A stretch of 64,000 nucleotides of DNA from a virus, in the IMG/VR virus record IMGVR_UViG_3300044732_001099, positions 1-64,000 of that record; one strand, 5' to 3'. The translations under genes were made by a program, and so were the position numbers. Below the pieces are notes generated by a model. It ran no database searches, had not been told where the DNA came from, and worked only from the letters and a program-made list of their open reading frames with translations. Below are positions 51,999 through 60,551 of the stretch, piece by piece (the stretch's first letter is position 1; each line of letters starts with the position of its first letter).

Positions 51999-53282
51999 AT
52001 GCCAACTCTAATTTCAAACGAAAACTATGCGATACGCTGGGACAAGACAGAATGTAACCAGTATACCATATCAAACATATCAAGTGTTTACAATGCCAAC
52101 GTAGTCATAACAGACGAAACTGGCACATACACGGAAACATTTAATCTTGCTCCTGATGGGTCAAACACTGTAGTTTTGCCTGGAGATGGTGTGTTTAAGT
52201 TGTGTGCCTATGCATTTGATTTGCCGCTTAATCCAGAAGAGCTAGAAACAACAAATGGTAAGTTATCAGTAATAACTTTTCCAATAGTAACTACTATAGG
52301 ATTAGCTCTTGTATCATCAAGATTTTACGATACAGTTTATACCACATTTGTTCCTACACCTGGTTTATTTAACTCTGTGCCTGCATCCTATCAAGGTTTT
52401 GTTGATGATTTGCAAGGATATGTTACAGCAAATGGCGGTGGAATAGTTACTATGCTTGAGCCAGGTAGTTCTTTACCAAATGTCCCAGCAAATAATAATC
52501 TATATCAACTTGTAGTTCAAGCAAATGATGTATACTTAACAGATGTAACTGGTAATTACGGAACTCCTGATGAATATGTATCTGATGCAACTTTGTATTG
52601 CGCTTACGAATATGTATTTGACGAAAACAAGCAATACGTAGCATCGTTTATAATAAATGGCACCGAAGTAGTTCCGGTAAATTCTGTTTGGAATATGTCA
52701 ACTGTTCAAGGAACGACAGAAGCAGAAACAACTATTAACACATTTTTAGGAAATGCAGGTTATTCAGTAGCGGATATTTTGTCTTTAAAAATTTACTTAG
52801 TAAACCCAAGTCCTGGAAAAGATTGTAATTTAATAACACTTACTGCAGTTGAGTTAGGCCCGGGCGAAACACAATGTGATTACATTTATGAGTTCTGTGA
52901 TTTGTATGCCTGTTTATCTAGGTTAATGAACCGTTGGCTATGCCAAGACCCATGTGCTGACAAATGTACGGCCGCTGGAGAATCTTACGAAGAAGCAAGA
53001 CGCAAGGCAGTAGAACTAAGCACTATGTTCTTTCACGCGCTAATGCCGTTGGTAACAACAGACAGACTTTGGTATCTTGGCAACTGGGATATATCAGATC
53101 AAAGACTATGCAATGTCAATAACATACTTGAGCTTTACAAAAAGATGCGCGACTATGTTAAAAACTGTGGCTTTGACTGCGGATGCGGATGCCCGGATAA
53201 CTGCGGCGACTGCCAACCATGTAACGGATATAGCTATGCACCATCTCCTTCTAACCCATCAACTCCCTGCGGATGCAAGTAA
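51999..53282 (+). CDS. Putative virion/tail-associated protein with Cys-rich C-terminus
   Basis: 427 aa with a beta-rich acidic body; C-terminus CGFDCGCGCPDNCGDCQPC...PCGCK. Confidence 0.5.
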   Translation: MPTLISNENYAIRWDKTECNQYTISNISSVYNANVVITDETGTYTETFNLAPDGSNTVVLPGDGVFKLCAYAFDLPLNPEELETTNGKLSVITFPIVTTIGLALVSSRFYDTVYTTFVPTPGLFNSVPASYQGFVDDLQGYVTANGGGIVTMLEPGSSLPNVPANNNLYQLVVQANDVYLTDVTGNYGTPDEYVSDATLYCAYEYVFDENKQYVASFIINGTEVVPVNSVWNMSTVQGTTEAETTINTFLGNAGYSVADILSLKIYLVNPSPGKDCNLITLTAVELGPGETQCDYIYEFCDLYACLSRLMNRWLCQDPCADKCTAAGESYEEARRKAVELSTMFFHALMPLVTTDRLWYLGNWDISDQRLCNVNNILELYKKMRDYVKNCGFDCGCGCPDNCGDCQPCNGYSYAPSPSNPSTPCGCK

Positions 53283-53740
53283 TAACAGACTTCGATAGAC
53301 GAGTAGGCAATGTATATGAGATTGCCAACAAAGTAACACAAAACTGGGCATGCTCCTACTACGAACTTGGTAAGTGGGGCATAACCAGCAATGGCAAACA
53401 GATGCTAATGCTTCAAGATATGGGAGTGCTATATTTGTTTCTTGCTATGCTAGAGTGGAAAGCAATGGAGCATAACACATATAGTCTGACATACGATGAA
53501 AACAATTGCCCTGAGTGGAAATACCCGGGTAACTTTGTAGATGAAAAGTTTGTAGACTGCATAGTAAAGCATTTTCATTGCCAAGGCATAGACATTAGAA
53601 CAATACTAAGAAAGTTTGGTGTGCTGCCATTAGAAGGCAAGCCAGACGGTATTGACTACATGCACATTGAAAGTGGTAATCCACCTTGCGACAATAGACT
53701 ATTTCAGATTGACAAACCTTATGGAAATGATTTCGTATAA
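53273..53740 (+). CDS. Hypothetical protein (probably structural)
   Basis: 155-aa ORF overlapping the previous gene by 10 nt, within the late block. Confidence 0.5.
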   Translation: MQVITDFDRRVGNVYEIANKVTQNWACSYYELGKWGITSNGKQMLMLQDMGVLYLFLAMLEWKAMEHNTYSLTYDENNCPEWKYPGNFVDEKFVDCIVKHFHCQGIDIRTILRKFGVLPLEGKPDGIDYMHIESGNPPCDNRLFQIDKPYGNDFV

Positions 53741-53756
53741 CTAAAAATATAAAACC

Positions 53757-54938
53757 ATGGCATTACGACAAAGAACTTATTTCTTCGACGCAGGAAACGC
53801 AGATAGGTTTAACTCTCAAGACATTCCAACAGAGCAAACAATGTCTGACTGGTGCGATTCAGTACCATTCATCAAAGAAATAACAGACCGAGCACAGCTT
53901 ACTAGAGCCGGCATTGCAAAGACTACAACTGATGCAAAAATAAATACTGGCGATAATGTAGATGCAGCCGGTGTATCTCCATTAGGATTTACATCATTTG
54001 TAAGACCGGCACAGATACCAAAAATACTTGATAGTTCATCAATAACTTGGACTAAAGTAGCAAGAGGCGGTGCAACTAATACTGATACAGGTGTAGGTAT
54101 TGAAGATTGGCGGGCAAGTTTTGATTATTCTACATTGCCAGATGTTGATACTTCTGAAGTATTGCTTGATGCAAACAAATCTGTTAGAATATTAACAGGT
54201 GGCTTTCCTTGTTCTATGACAGATGCTGAGGTTACAACTAATGCAGGAGATCCTTTAAATGACTATTTAAGTGATTTAAGAGCAGCTATAAATCAAGCTA
54301 ATCAAACTATTATTTCATTGTCTAATACTGTGTGCGATTTACAAAACAATGTAGATACACAAGTAGCATTAGGTGATGTTGTTATGTCTGTTACATCATC
54401 AGGTTCCTGGTCAGATAAATGGTTAGAACCTAATGGTGATGAAATAAGTATTGCAGCTTATCCTGATTTATATGCTATAATAGGTTTTAATTATGGAGTT
54501 CCATCTACACCAGGTTTTTTTAAGTTACCAGATTTAGTATCAGCTCCAAATAATCAAAATTATTTAAGAGCAAGAACTAATACAGGTCTTTTGTTACCAG
54601 GTAATATTAATGGTGGTTCTGTCTTAAGAACATTAGATGAAAATGATTTGCCTAAACATATTCATACTGTAACCGGAACTGCTTTATCGGCAGGAGAGCA
54701 TCAACATTCGTGGCCTGTATATGATACTAGTGGTGCTACACAAACTGGTAAAATTGATGGTCATGCAGGAAATACTGACTCACAAACATTTACTACGCCT
54801 TTAACAGGTGCGCATACACATAATTTATCAGGAACAACAGATGATTTTGGTGTAGATGTTCCAAATGAAGTATGGAACACAAACACAAACGTCACTCCAA
54901 GATATACAAATGTTTACCTTAAAATGCGCGTAAAATAA
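53757..54938 (+). CDS. Tail fibre protein with phage tail-collar domain
   Basis: GDVVM...WLEPNGDEISIAAYPDLYAIIG...FKLPDL is the tail-collar pattern. It is followed by HxH motifs (KHIH, EHQH, AHTH) like those of metal-binding fibre tips. Confidence 0.8.
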   Translation: MALRQRTYFFDAGNADRFNSQDIPTEQTMSDWCDSVPFIKEITDRAQLTRAGIAKTTTDAKINTGDNVDAAGVSPLGFTSFVRPAQIPKILDSSSITWTKVARGGATNTDTGVGIEDWRASFDYSTLPDVDTSEVLLDANKSVRILTGGFPCSMTDAEVTTNAGDPLNDYLSDLRAAINQANQTIISLSNTVCDLQNNVDTQVALGDVVMSVTSSGSWSDKWLEPNGDEISIAAYPDLYAIIGFNYGVPSTPGFFKLPDLVSAPNNQNYLRARTNTGLLLPGNINGGSVLRTLDENDLPKHIHTVTGTALSAGEHQHSWPVYDTSGATQTGKIDGHAGNTDSQTFTTPLTGAHTHNLSGTTDDFGVDVPNEVWNTNTNVTPRYTNVYLKMRVK

Positions 54939-55885
54939 TGAAAACAATAAAAATAGGAAGCGAAGGACAAGATGTAATAACACTTCAAAAGATACTTGAA
55001 GTTGTCGTAGATGGATTTTTTGGCGCTGATACACATGACGCAGTAATAGAATTTCAAAAGCAATACAATCTTATTGCAGATGGCATTGTAGGGCCTATTA
55101 CTTGGGCGGCATTGCTAGGCACAGGTGACAGTAGTGTAAATAAAGAAACTGAGTTTGTTGAGTACATGCTAACAAAAGGTAAGCAGGAAAAAGACAAATG
55201 GATTCCAAACTATTATCCCGGGCCTTTTAATAAAAGATGGCTAGTATTTCATCACACTGCCGGTTGGGATAATCCAAAGGCTACAGTTGATTTTTGGAGC
55301 AATGATTCAAACTCAGTAGCAACAGAGTTTGTAGTTGGTGGTGTTCATATTAGTGGGAGAGATAATGGACATGATGGAGTAACTGTCCAGTGTATGCCTA
55401 AGGGAGCTTATGCTTGGCATCTTACTATTGGAAATACGCCATTACATAGAGAGTCTATTGGCGTAGAGATATGCAGTATGGGAGGACTGACAAAAGGTGG
55501 GTACTATAAAATAATAAATGGTAAAAATGCCTGGGTAGCAGGACAAGCAAACTCTTACTACACTGCTTATGGAAATGTAGTGTCTGAATCACAAGTTTAT
55601 GATTTGGGATGGACATATAGATTCCATAGATATTTTCATAAGTATTCCGATAAACAAATAGAGCAATGCCAAATAATAGCAGAGCATTGTCGCGATGAAT
55701 ATGGTATGAACGTAAAAGCTGGACTTGCCGAGCATATCAGAAAGTATGGAGTAGAAAAGGCATTCGGGTACATACTCGATTACGCAAACAGAGTGCCGGG
55801 CATATACACCCATGGCAATGTGTTTCAAGGTAAGAACGATATATACCCGGACCCTCGTATAATTGATATGATTCTATCTTTGTAG
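54938..55885 (+). CDS. Endolysin: peptidoglycan-binding domain + N-acetylmuramoyl-L-alanine amidase (Amidase_2-type)
   Basis: N-terminal GSEGQDVITLQ...DGFFG..T..AV..FQ....L.ADGIVGP.TW (PG_binding_1 pattern); catalytic pattern VFHHTAG, SIGVEIC, THGN and KNDIYP. Confidence 0.85.
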   Translation: MKTIKIGSEGQDVITLQKILEVVVDGFFGADTHDAVIEFQKQYNLIADGIVGPITWAALLGTGDSSVNKETEFVEYMLTKGKQEKDKWIPNYYPGPFNKRWLVFHHTAGWDNPKATVDFWSNDSNSVATEFVVGGVHISGRDNGHDGVTVQCMPKGAYAWHLTIGNTPLHRESIGVEICSMGGLTKGGYYKIINGKNAWVAGQANSYYTAYGNVVSESQVYDLGWTYRFHRYFHKYSDKQIEQCQIIAEHCRDEYGMNVKAGLAEHIRKYGVEKAFGYILDYANRVPGIYTHGNVFQGKNDIYPDPRIIDMILSL

Positions 55886-56065
55886 TGATGTTTGGTAGAA
55901 CGTAATCTTTGTGTTGTCAACAACCATGTACTGGCAGTTGTCTAGTGTTGCTCCGTTCAGCATGTTAGAAAACAGTTTGTTGATCTGGAACTCAACATCT
56001 AAGTCTGGATTATATTCTACTACGTAAACTTCACTATTGGTAAAGTCAAGAATAACTATGCTCAT
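55874..56065 (-). CDS. Small hypothetical protein
   Basis: 63 aa, last gene of the minus-strand block; A-rich leader; its 3' end overlaps the endolysin by 12 nt. Confidence 0.55.
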   Translation of the reverse strand: MSIVILDFTNSEVYVVEYNPDLDVEFQINKLFSNMLNGATLDNCQYMVVDNTKITFYQTSLQR

Positions 56066-56074
56066 ATTGTTTGT

Positions 56075-56938
56075 TTAAAAGATGTAACGTATTTTGTTCC
56101 ATGGGATAATACTATCATGTAAAGATACAAACCGATTGACAAGTTTTGCTTTCAAATCGTGACGATACCTGATATTCTCAGACCCAAAAGAACTGGTTTT
56201 ATTCTCTTGCCATTCTGGATTCCATAATAATTTTTCCACGTCAGCCGGCGCGTTCTCCAGGTTATGTATATGCATCTTCTCATTATGAGTTAGCATGATA
56301 CATTCTGCGAGGACGTGCTTTTTTATTTTATCATCTACAATGTTATTTACTTGTTCAAACAGCTCTGTGTACAAAGCTTTTGACTCTGCCAATGCCAGTA
56401 TAGGACTGAAGTTAATGTGTACGTCATAGCCTGCAGCATAAAAATCATTGATAGCTTTGATTCGGTCTACAATCTTTGATGTGTCTGGTTCCAGAATGTC
56501 AGATAGTGACTGCGGCATTAGAGAAAATCTAATCCGTATCTTTCTATTTGGATTGTAATCTAGTAGCTTTTGATTAACATACTTTGTGGCGAATGTAGCC
56601 ATAGCAATAGGATGCTCTACAAAGAAATCAAATATCTTTTGCCATTCATGATACTTCAAGTGCAAGGCAAAGTCTTCGTTGCAGGAAATATCGTAGGTAG
56701 TGTAAACTGGATGTGTCTGATTAGGCTTGGTAACTGGAGTAAATAAAGCATGCTTGTTAATGACATCTAGTATTTCATCTACATTAGTAGCCACAGACAA
56801 CCCTTCCGGCTTATTACGCCGCATGTAACAATAATGGCACTTATATAAACACCCATGAATGAAAGAAGGAGTAATGAAATCACTACTCCTTCCAGATGGT
56901 TTTATATCTAATGCTTTTCTAACTACTTTTGTAATCAT
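56075..56938 (-). CDS. splB: Spore photoproduct lyase-family radical SAM protein
   Basis: CxxxCxxC (GCLYKCHYCY), SGRSSDFI, YDISCNEDF, FATKYVN, RIRFSLMP and GYDVHINFSP. The start is placed at ATG 56938, just after the stop of the upstream gene. Confidence 0.8.
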   Translation of the reverse strand: MITKVVRKALDIKPSGRSSDFITPSFIHGCLYKCHYCYMRRNKPEGLSVATNVDEILDVINKHALFTPVTKPNQTHPVYTTYDISCNEDFALHLKYHEWQKIFDFFVEHPIAMATFATKYVNQKLLDYNPNRKIRIRFSLMPQSLSDILEPDTSKIVDRIKAINDFYAAGYDVHINFSPILALAESKALYTELFEQVNNIVDDKIKKHVLAECIMLTHNEKMHIHNLENAPADVEKLLWNPEWQENKTSSFGSENIRYRHDLKAKLVNRFVSLHDSIIPWNKIRYIF

Positions 56939-56942
56939 AATT

Positions 56943-57221
56943 TTAATTGTATCTAAAACCCTTACACCAATTTTTATAATTAACATGTCTGTCATGGTTA
57001 TCAATAGAGCTGTATAACCATTCAAGTATTCTTCCTGCTGGCTGCTTTGTGTCAACATCATATCTAATGTCATCAAATCCAAAGTACATCACATCGCCAA
57101 AGCATGCTATTGTACCGATGTCATTTGCTACCCATGACTCTAGAATCATGTCTTGTTTTTTGCAGAACGCATCCATGTATGCTTCTACAATGTTTTTGTA
57201 TTTAGTCTTTAAGTTGCTCAT
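56943..57221 (-). CDS. Small hypothetical phage protein
   Basis: 92 aa (FCKKQD...WV...G...DIRYDVD...NYKNW) tiling with neighbouring genes. Confidence 0.65.
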   Translation of the reverse strand: MSNLKTKYKNIVEAYMDAFCKKQDMILESWVANDIGTIACFGDVMYFGFDDIRYDVDTKQPAGRILEWLYSSIDNHDRHVNYKNWCKGFRYN

Positions 57222-57375
57222 TGAGTTGTTTTATTGTGTCTTTTAATCCAAATGGAAAACAAGTATGTTCCCAAAGATAAAACTCACATTCATCTTCAGT
57301 CCATTCGGGTCTAAAATGCTGTACCCAATCGATATAATCCATATCTTTTGCCATTTCAATTGTTAGTTCTGTCAT
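57202..57375 (-). CDS. Small hypothetical protein (57 aa, absent from the ORF track)
   Basis: Hand translation gives MTELTIEMAKDMDYIDWVQHFRPEWTEDECEFYLWEHTCFPFGLKDTIKQLNEQLKD*. It has an A-rich leader (AAACAAACACA-ATG) and fills the gap exactly. Confidence 0.6.
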   Translation of the reverse strand: MTELTIEMAKDMDYIDWVQHFRPEWTEDECEFYLWEHTCFPFGLKDTIKQLNEQLKD

Positions 57376-57396
57376 TGTGTTTGTTTAGTAGTTTTG

Positions 57397-57470
57397 TGGT
57401 CATGACAGGATTCGAACCTGCATTGTCCTCCGTTTCCTTCGGATATCGTCACCAGTTGGAACACATGACC
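57397..57470 (-). tRNA. Degenerate tRNA / tRNA-like element (nominal anticodon GGA)
   Basis: Perfect 7-bp acceptor stem GGTCATG/CATGACC and T-arm GCAGG-TTCGAAT-CCTGT. The anticodon stem is TCCG/CGGA with loop AAGGAAA (no U33). The D-stem is weak and no CCA is encoded. Confidence 0.6.
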
Positions 57471-57617
57471 TTAAATAAAACTAACAACTTCAGGAGCTTC
57501 ACCTGCCTTCGATAATTCTTGTACCTCTCAGTTAAGAGTCAGCACTGAGCTTTCTTACTTTGTGCGTTCTTAAAAATGCGTTTTTATATTATTCCCTGAA
57601 CGCTAACAGTGCCAGCG

Positions 57618-57815
57618 CTAAGTAGAGGGCTTATAGGTTTCGTTGTAATATTGTTCAGGTTTAAAATAAACATCACTTTGATTGCCATATTTATAAGCAT
57701 CTATTATCTGCTGCTTTTCCATTTCTTTGGCTTGTTGAACTATTTCATCAAACTCTTCTGATGTTAATGCCATTTTTTGAGATAATAACCATTCTATTGC
57801 TGTTTGATTAAACAT
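57618..57815 (-). CDS. Small phage protein (QTAxEWL...AKEMEKQQIIDAY type)
   Basis: 65 aa; the pattern recalls small proteins of Bacteroidota phages; function unknown. Confidence 0.6.
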   Translation of the reverse strand: MFNQTAIEWLLSQKMALTSEEFDEIVQQAKEMEKQQIIDAYKYGNQSDVYFKPEQYYNETYKPST

Positions 57816-57915
57816 AATTATAATTTATTTTATTAAACTAACTATTAAAAAATAACCCCACGAAACTATTAAATAACGCAGGGTCACTCCTTAATAAAAA
57901 AAACTAATGAAAAAT

Positions 57916-58263
57916 TTACCAGTTGTCGTCTAAGATCTTCATGTTGTTTATCCTGTTTTCTAAGTCTGCTTCTCTTCCAGCTTCAAGATATCCTTCGTAT
58001 GCTTCACCTAAAGCTTCATCAATCATTTCCTTTACACTTTCTTCGCTCATGCCAAGTAGCATAGCAAGATCTTCATTGTCGTAGTCTATGTTGTCAATAG
58101 AAGATTCAAGTACCTCAAAGTGTGCCGGCTCGTCTGGTTCTTCAGGTGCGCCATACTTGTCTCTGTAGCCATAACTCCATGGTATAAAGTTACCAACTAT
58201 TTCTATATTTACCTCTTTTCCTTCGATGGTAATTTTATTTATTATTGCTGTTACTTTTGTCAT
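57916..58263 (-). CDS. Acidic hypothetical protein
   Basis: 115 aa, strongly D/E-rich; ATGA overlap with the upstream gene. Confidence 0.6.
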   Translation of the reverse strand: MTKVTAIINKITIEGKEVNIEIVGNFIPWSYGYRDKYGAPEEPDEPAHFEVLESSIDNIDYDNEDLAMLLGMSEESVKEMIDEALGEAYEGYLEAGREADLENRINNMKILDDNW

Positions 58264-58661
58264 ATTGCCTTGCTATTTCTTTTATTGTGAGCAATGTAGA
58301 TAAGCTTTTCTGTTTCTTCTAAGAACCAGTCTATTTCTTCCTGCGGCATCTTGGACATCAATCCAAATACCGTTGTTGCAGCAGCTACGTTATTGAAAGA
58401 AATATCTTGTAGTATTTCTATATCTTCTTTCTTAGATGCTTTGGAAAATATGTTATCCAGGAAATAGTGTGACTGCGCTTGCATGTTTTTAAACATTGAT
58501 TTATGCTCTTGTCTAAGCGTATTAATATCAATCTCTGCAATGCAATACCTAATGGTGTTCAACGATGTTAACATCATATAGTAAACTTCTTTTCTCTTGG
58601 CTAACTGTTCTGGTGTCAGTTCAATCTTAACCTGTGTTCTTTTAACACGTATCTTATTCAT
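58260..58661 (-). CDS. Hypothetical protein
   Basis: 133-aa ORF in an overlapping gene chain. Confidence 0.6.
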   Translation of the reverse strand: MNKIRVKRTQVKIELTPEQLAKRKEVYYMMLTSLNTIRYCIAEIDINTLRQEHKSMFKNMQAQSHYFLDNIFSKASKKEDIEILQDISFNNVAAATTVFGLMSKMPQEEIDWFLEETEKLIYIAHNKRNSKAI

Positions 58662-58923
58662 ATCTCAAATGTTTCTTTGCAATCCTATTCATCCAAGCTG
58701 TTAATCTATACTGACCTACAAACTCTGCACTATCTGTTATTTCAAATCTCACCACAAACTCACCAGTAGATTCGTCAAGATAAATGTCCTCAATATTCAC
58801 TCCAATGTTAGCGGATGACTCTTCCATATCACGTCGAAACGCCGATATATTGTTGATTAGAGACCTCTCGTCAAAATAAGCAGGTTTTAAAAGGCTTATT
58901 TCTACAGCTTTAATTTTTAGCAT
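58654..58923 (-). CDS. Hypothetical protein
   Basis: 89-aa ORF with TAATG coupling. Confidence 0.55.
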   Translation of the reverse strand: MLKIKAVEISLLKPAYFDERSLINNISAFRRDMEESSANIGVNIEDIYLDESTGEFVVRFEITDSAEFVGQYRLTAWMNRIAKKHLRYE

Positions 58924-59135
58924 TACTTTTCTTTTGTTACTCTTACAATAGTTTTTTCTGCATAAACATTATTTACCCAATCGCATTGACGATCTGGCAA
59001 TGATGTTGTTAATCCAGAAGATGACATAGCGACATGTTTTTCTGCCCATTCTTTTGCTTCATCTAATGTTTCAGGACCAACAAATGTGTATTCTACGTTA
59101 AAAGTGTACCTAACTTTTACTTTGTATGTTCCCAT
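58923..59135 (-). CDS. Hypothetical protein
   Basis: 70-aa ORF in an overlapping chain. Confidence 0.55.
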   Translation of the reverse strand: MGTYKVKVRYTFNVEYTFVGPETLDEAKEWAEKHVAMSSSGLTTSLPDRQCDWVNNVYAEKTIVRVTKEK

Positions 59136-59656
59136 AGTTTTTTAAGATTGCTGATTGATTTGTTAACACGCATTGGATTTCTCCAGATTGATTCGGGTAG
59201 GATAATATAATCTCTGTTGTCAATAGGGTTTATTAGGTAAATATCCGTTTGCTCTTCTAATACTTCATACTTATATCTTTTTACTTCGTACGATAATATT
59301 TCTTTTTCTTCAGTAACAAAGTAAACTATAGAAGCAAGCTCAAAGTATTGCTCATTGCTTTCATTTACTACATTACTAAAGTTTTCAACTAGCTTTTCTA
59401 TTCCTTTTCTAGTCCCGCATTCGTATAAAATATCGTCTTTAGAAAACAAATGTTCCTGTCCGGAAGAAATCATTATCTTGTTGACATCCAAAGTATCTGT
59501 ATACATGTAAGATATAAGAAAGCTTTCAAAGAGAGTAGTAGTTTCGCTTTTATTACTTTTACTCACTTTCTTATTCTTACCGTTGGCAATAACAAGCATT
59601 TGCTTAGAGCTTGTTGGATTCTTTACGCAGTATATTCTACCCTTCCTGACGTTCAT
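59117..59656 (-). CDS. Hypothetical protein
   Basis: 179-aa ORF in an overlapping chain. Confidence 0.6.
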   Translation of the reverse strand: MNVRKGRIYCVKNPTSSKQMLVIANGKNKKVSKSNKSETTTLFESFLISYMYTDTLDVNKIMISSGQEHLFSKDDILYECGTRKGIEKLVENFSNVVNESNEQYFELASIVYFVTEEKEILSYEVKRYKYEVLEEQTDIYLINPIDNRDYIILPESIWRNPMRVNKSISNLKKLWEHTK

Positions 59657-59870
59657 TTTTTAATAACTCTTGTGTGTATTGCTCTACTTTATCGTAAGCA
59701 AAATCAATATCCTTTCTTACTTTTTCTTTGTGCAGCTCTATAACTTTATCTGCATCATTGCTAATCAAACCAATTAAAGTTTGCAATCCGCGCATTTTAC
59801 CTTCAAGATAAAGAATTGTTTCTTTCCAAGTTTGTAACATCTTGTGGCTTTCCATCTGGCTTTTGCTCAT
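59637..59870 (-). CDS. Hypothetical coiled-coil protein
   Basis: 77-aa helical ORF; start uncertain. Confidence 0.5.
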   Translation of the reverse strand: MSKSQMESHKMLQTWKETILYLEGKMRGLQTLIGLISNDADKVIELHKEKVRKDIDFAYDKVEQYTQELLKNERQEG

Positions 59871-60252
59871 AGTATTCTTTTATAAAATGTAAAAAGTTAT
59901 TCTTAAACCATTCTTTGTGCCCACTAGGAAACTCAACAAAATCAGCAGATCCATAAACCGTATTATTGGCCCGCAGCATATACCAGCATGCCATATAATC
60001 ACGGCCGTCTTTTGGTTTGTATGTCATAATTTCAAAGTAGCCTTTGTCAAACGTAAAAGCCTTTGACCACATCTCTACCTCATTGATTACGCAATCTGGA
60101 GTGTCGTGCCGCATAAGATTAAATGAGCTTATCTCCCAGGCTTCATCTGTTACAGCTTCGTAACCAACAAGCTTAACATAGTACATAAAGTCGATAAAGT
60201 CATCGACAGTTTTCTCCGATTCAATGTATTTTTTTAAGTTAATATATTGCAT
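59803..60252 (-). CDS. Hypothetical protein
   Basis: 149-aa aromatic-rich ORF. Confidence 0.6.
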   Translation of the reverse strand: MQYINLKKYIESEKTVDDFIDFMYYVKLVGYEAVTDEAWEISSFNLMRHDTPDCVINEVEMWSKAFTFDKGYFEIMTYKPKDGRDYMACWYMLRANNTVYGSADFVEFPSGHKEWFKNNFLHFIKEYYEQKPDGKPQDVTNLERNNSLS

Positions 60253-60263
60253 TAAACATTGTA

Positions 60264-60539
60264 TTAAATATCTGAAAACAAATCTTTTGCTTTAGGTGTG
60301 AATACTGGCCAGGGATATTCCTTATCATTTTTTACCCAACAGATAACATCTTTGAGATCATATACTTCATAACCTTTAGCAAAAAACATATCAAGCAGAC
60401 ATTCGTTGTCATTTATTTCATACCATCTGTATAATCTACCACATTTGGGTTTACCTGTGCCATGCCCTTTGACTTTCAGATAAACCCCTGTGGCTTTAGC
60501 TATTTTATAACATTTATCTCGATATTGACGTAAGTTCAT
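60264..60539 (-). CDS. Hypothetical protein
   Basis: ORF track gives 60554 (TTG); ATG 60539 (MNLRQYRDK) just downstream of a TATATTTG element is the more plausible start. Confidence 0.5.
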   Translation of the reverse strand: MNLRQYRDKCYKIAKATGVYLKVKGHGTGKPKCGRLYRWYEINDNECLLDMFFAKGYEVYDLKDVICWVKNDKEYPWPVFTPKAKDLFSDI

Positions 60540-60543
60540 CCAA

Positions 60544-60551
60544 CAAATATA
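60544..60551 (-). promoter_or_regulatory. Candidate Bacteroidota sigma-A -7 element (TAnnTTTG)
   Basis: TATATTTG on the - strand in one of the few AT-rich intergenic gaps; no clean -33 TTTG at the expected spacing. Confidence 0.4.

Noticed and set aside
709-55828. Numerous 60-140 aa minus-strand and alternate-frame ORFs inside the late genes
   Set aside because: They are shadow ORFs fully overlapping long, motif-bearing + strand genes, with the F/L/S/I-rich composition expected from antisense of A-rich codons.
56939-57082. N-terminal extension of the SPL-like ORF given in the ORF track
   Set aside because: It overlaps the 56943-57221 gene; the family-like sequence begins at ATG 56938.
57397-57470. 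Functional tRNA-Ser(GGA)
   Set aside because: It lacks U33, the long variable arm and the G discriminator typical of tRNA-Ser, so it is kept only as tRNA-like.
57855-57886. Terminator hairpin in the 57816-57915 gap
   Set aside because: Only a short, imperfect ACCC/GGGT pairing with a long loop; not convincing.
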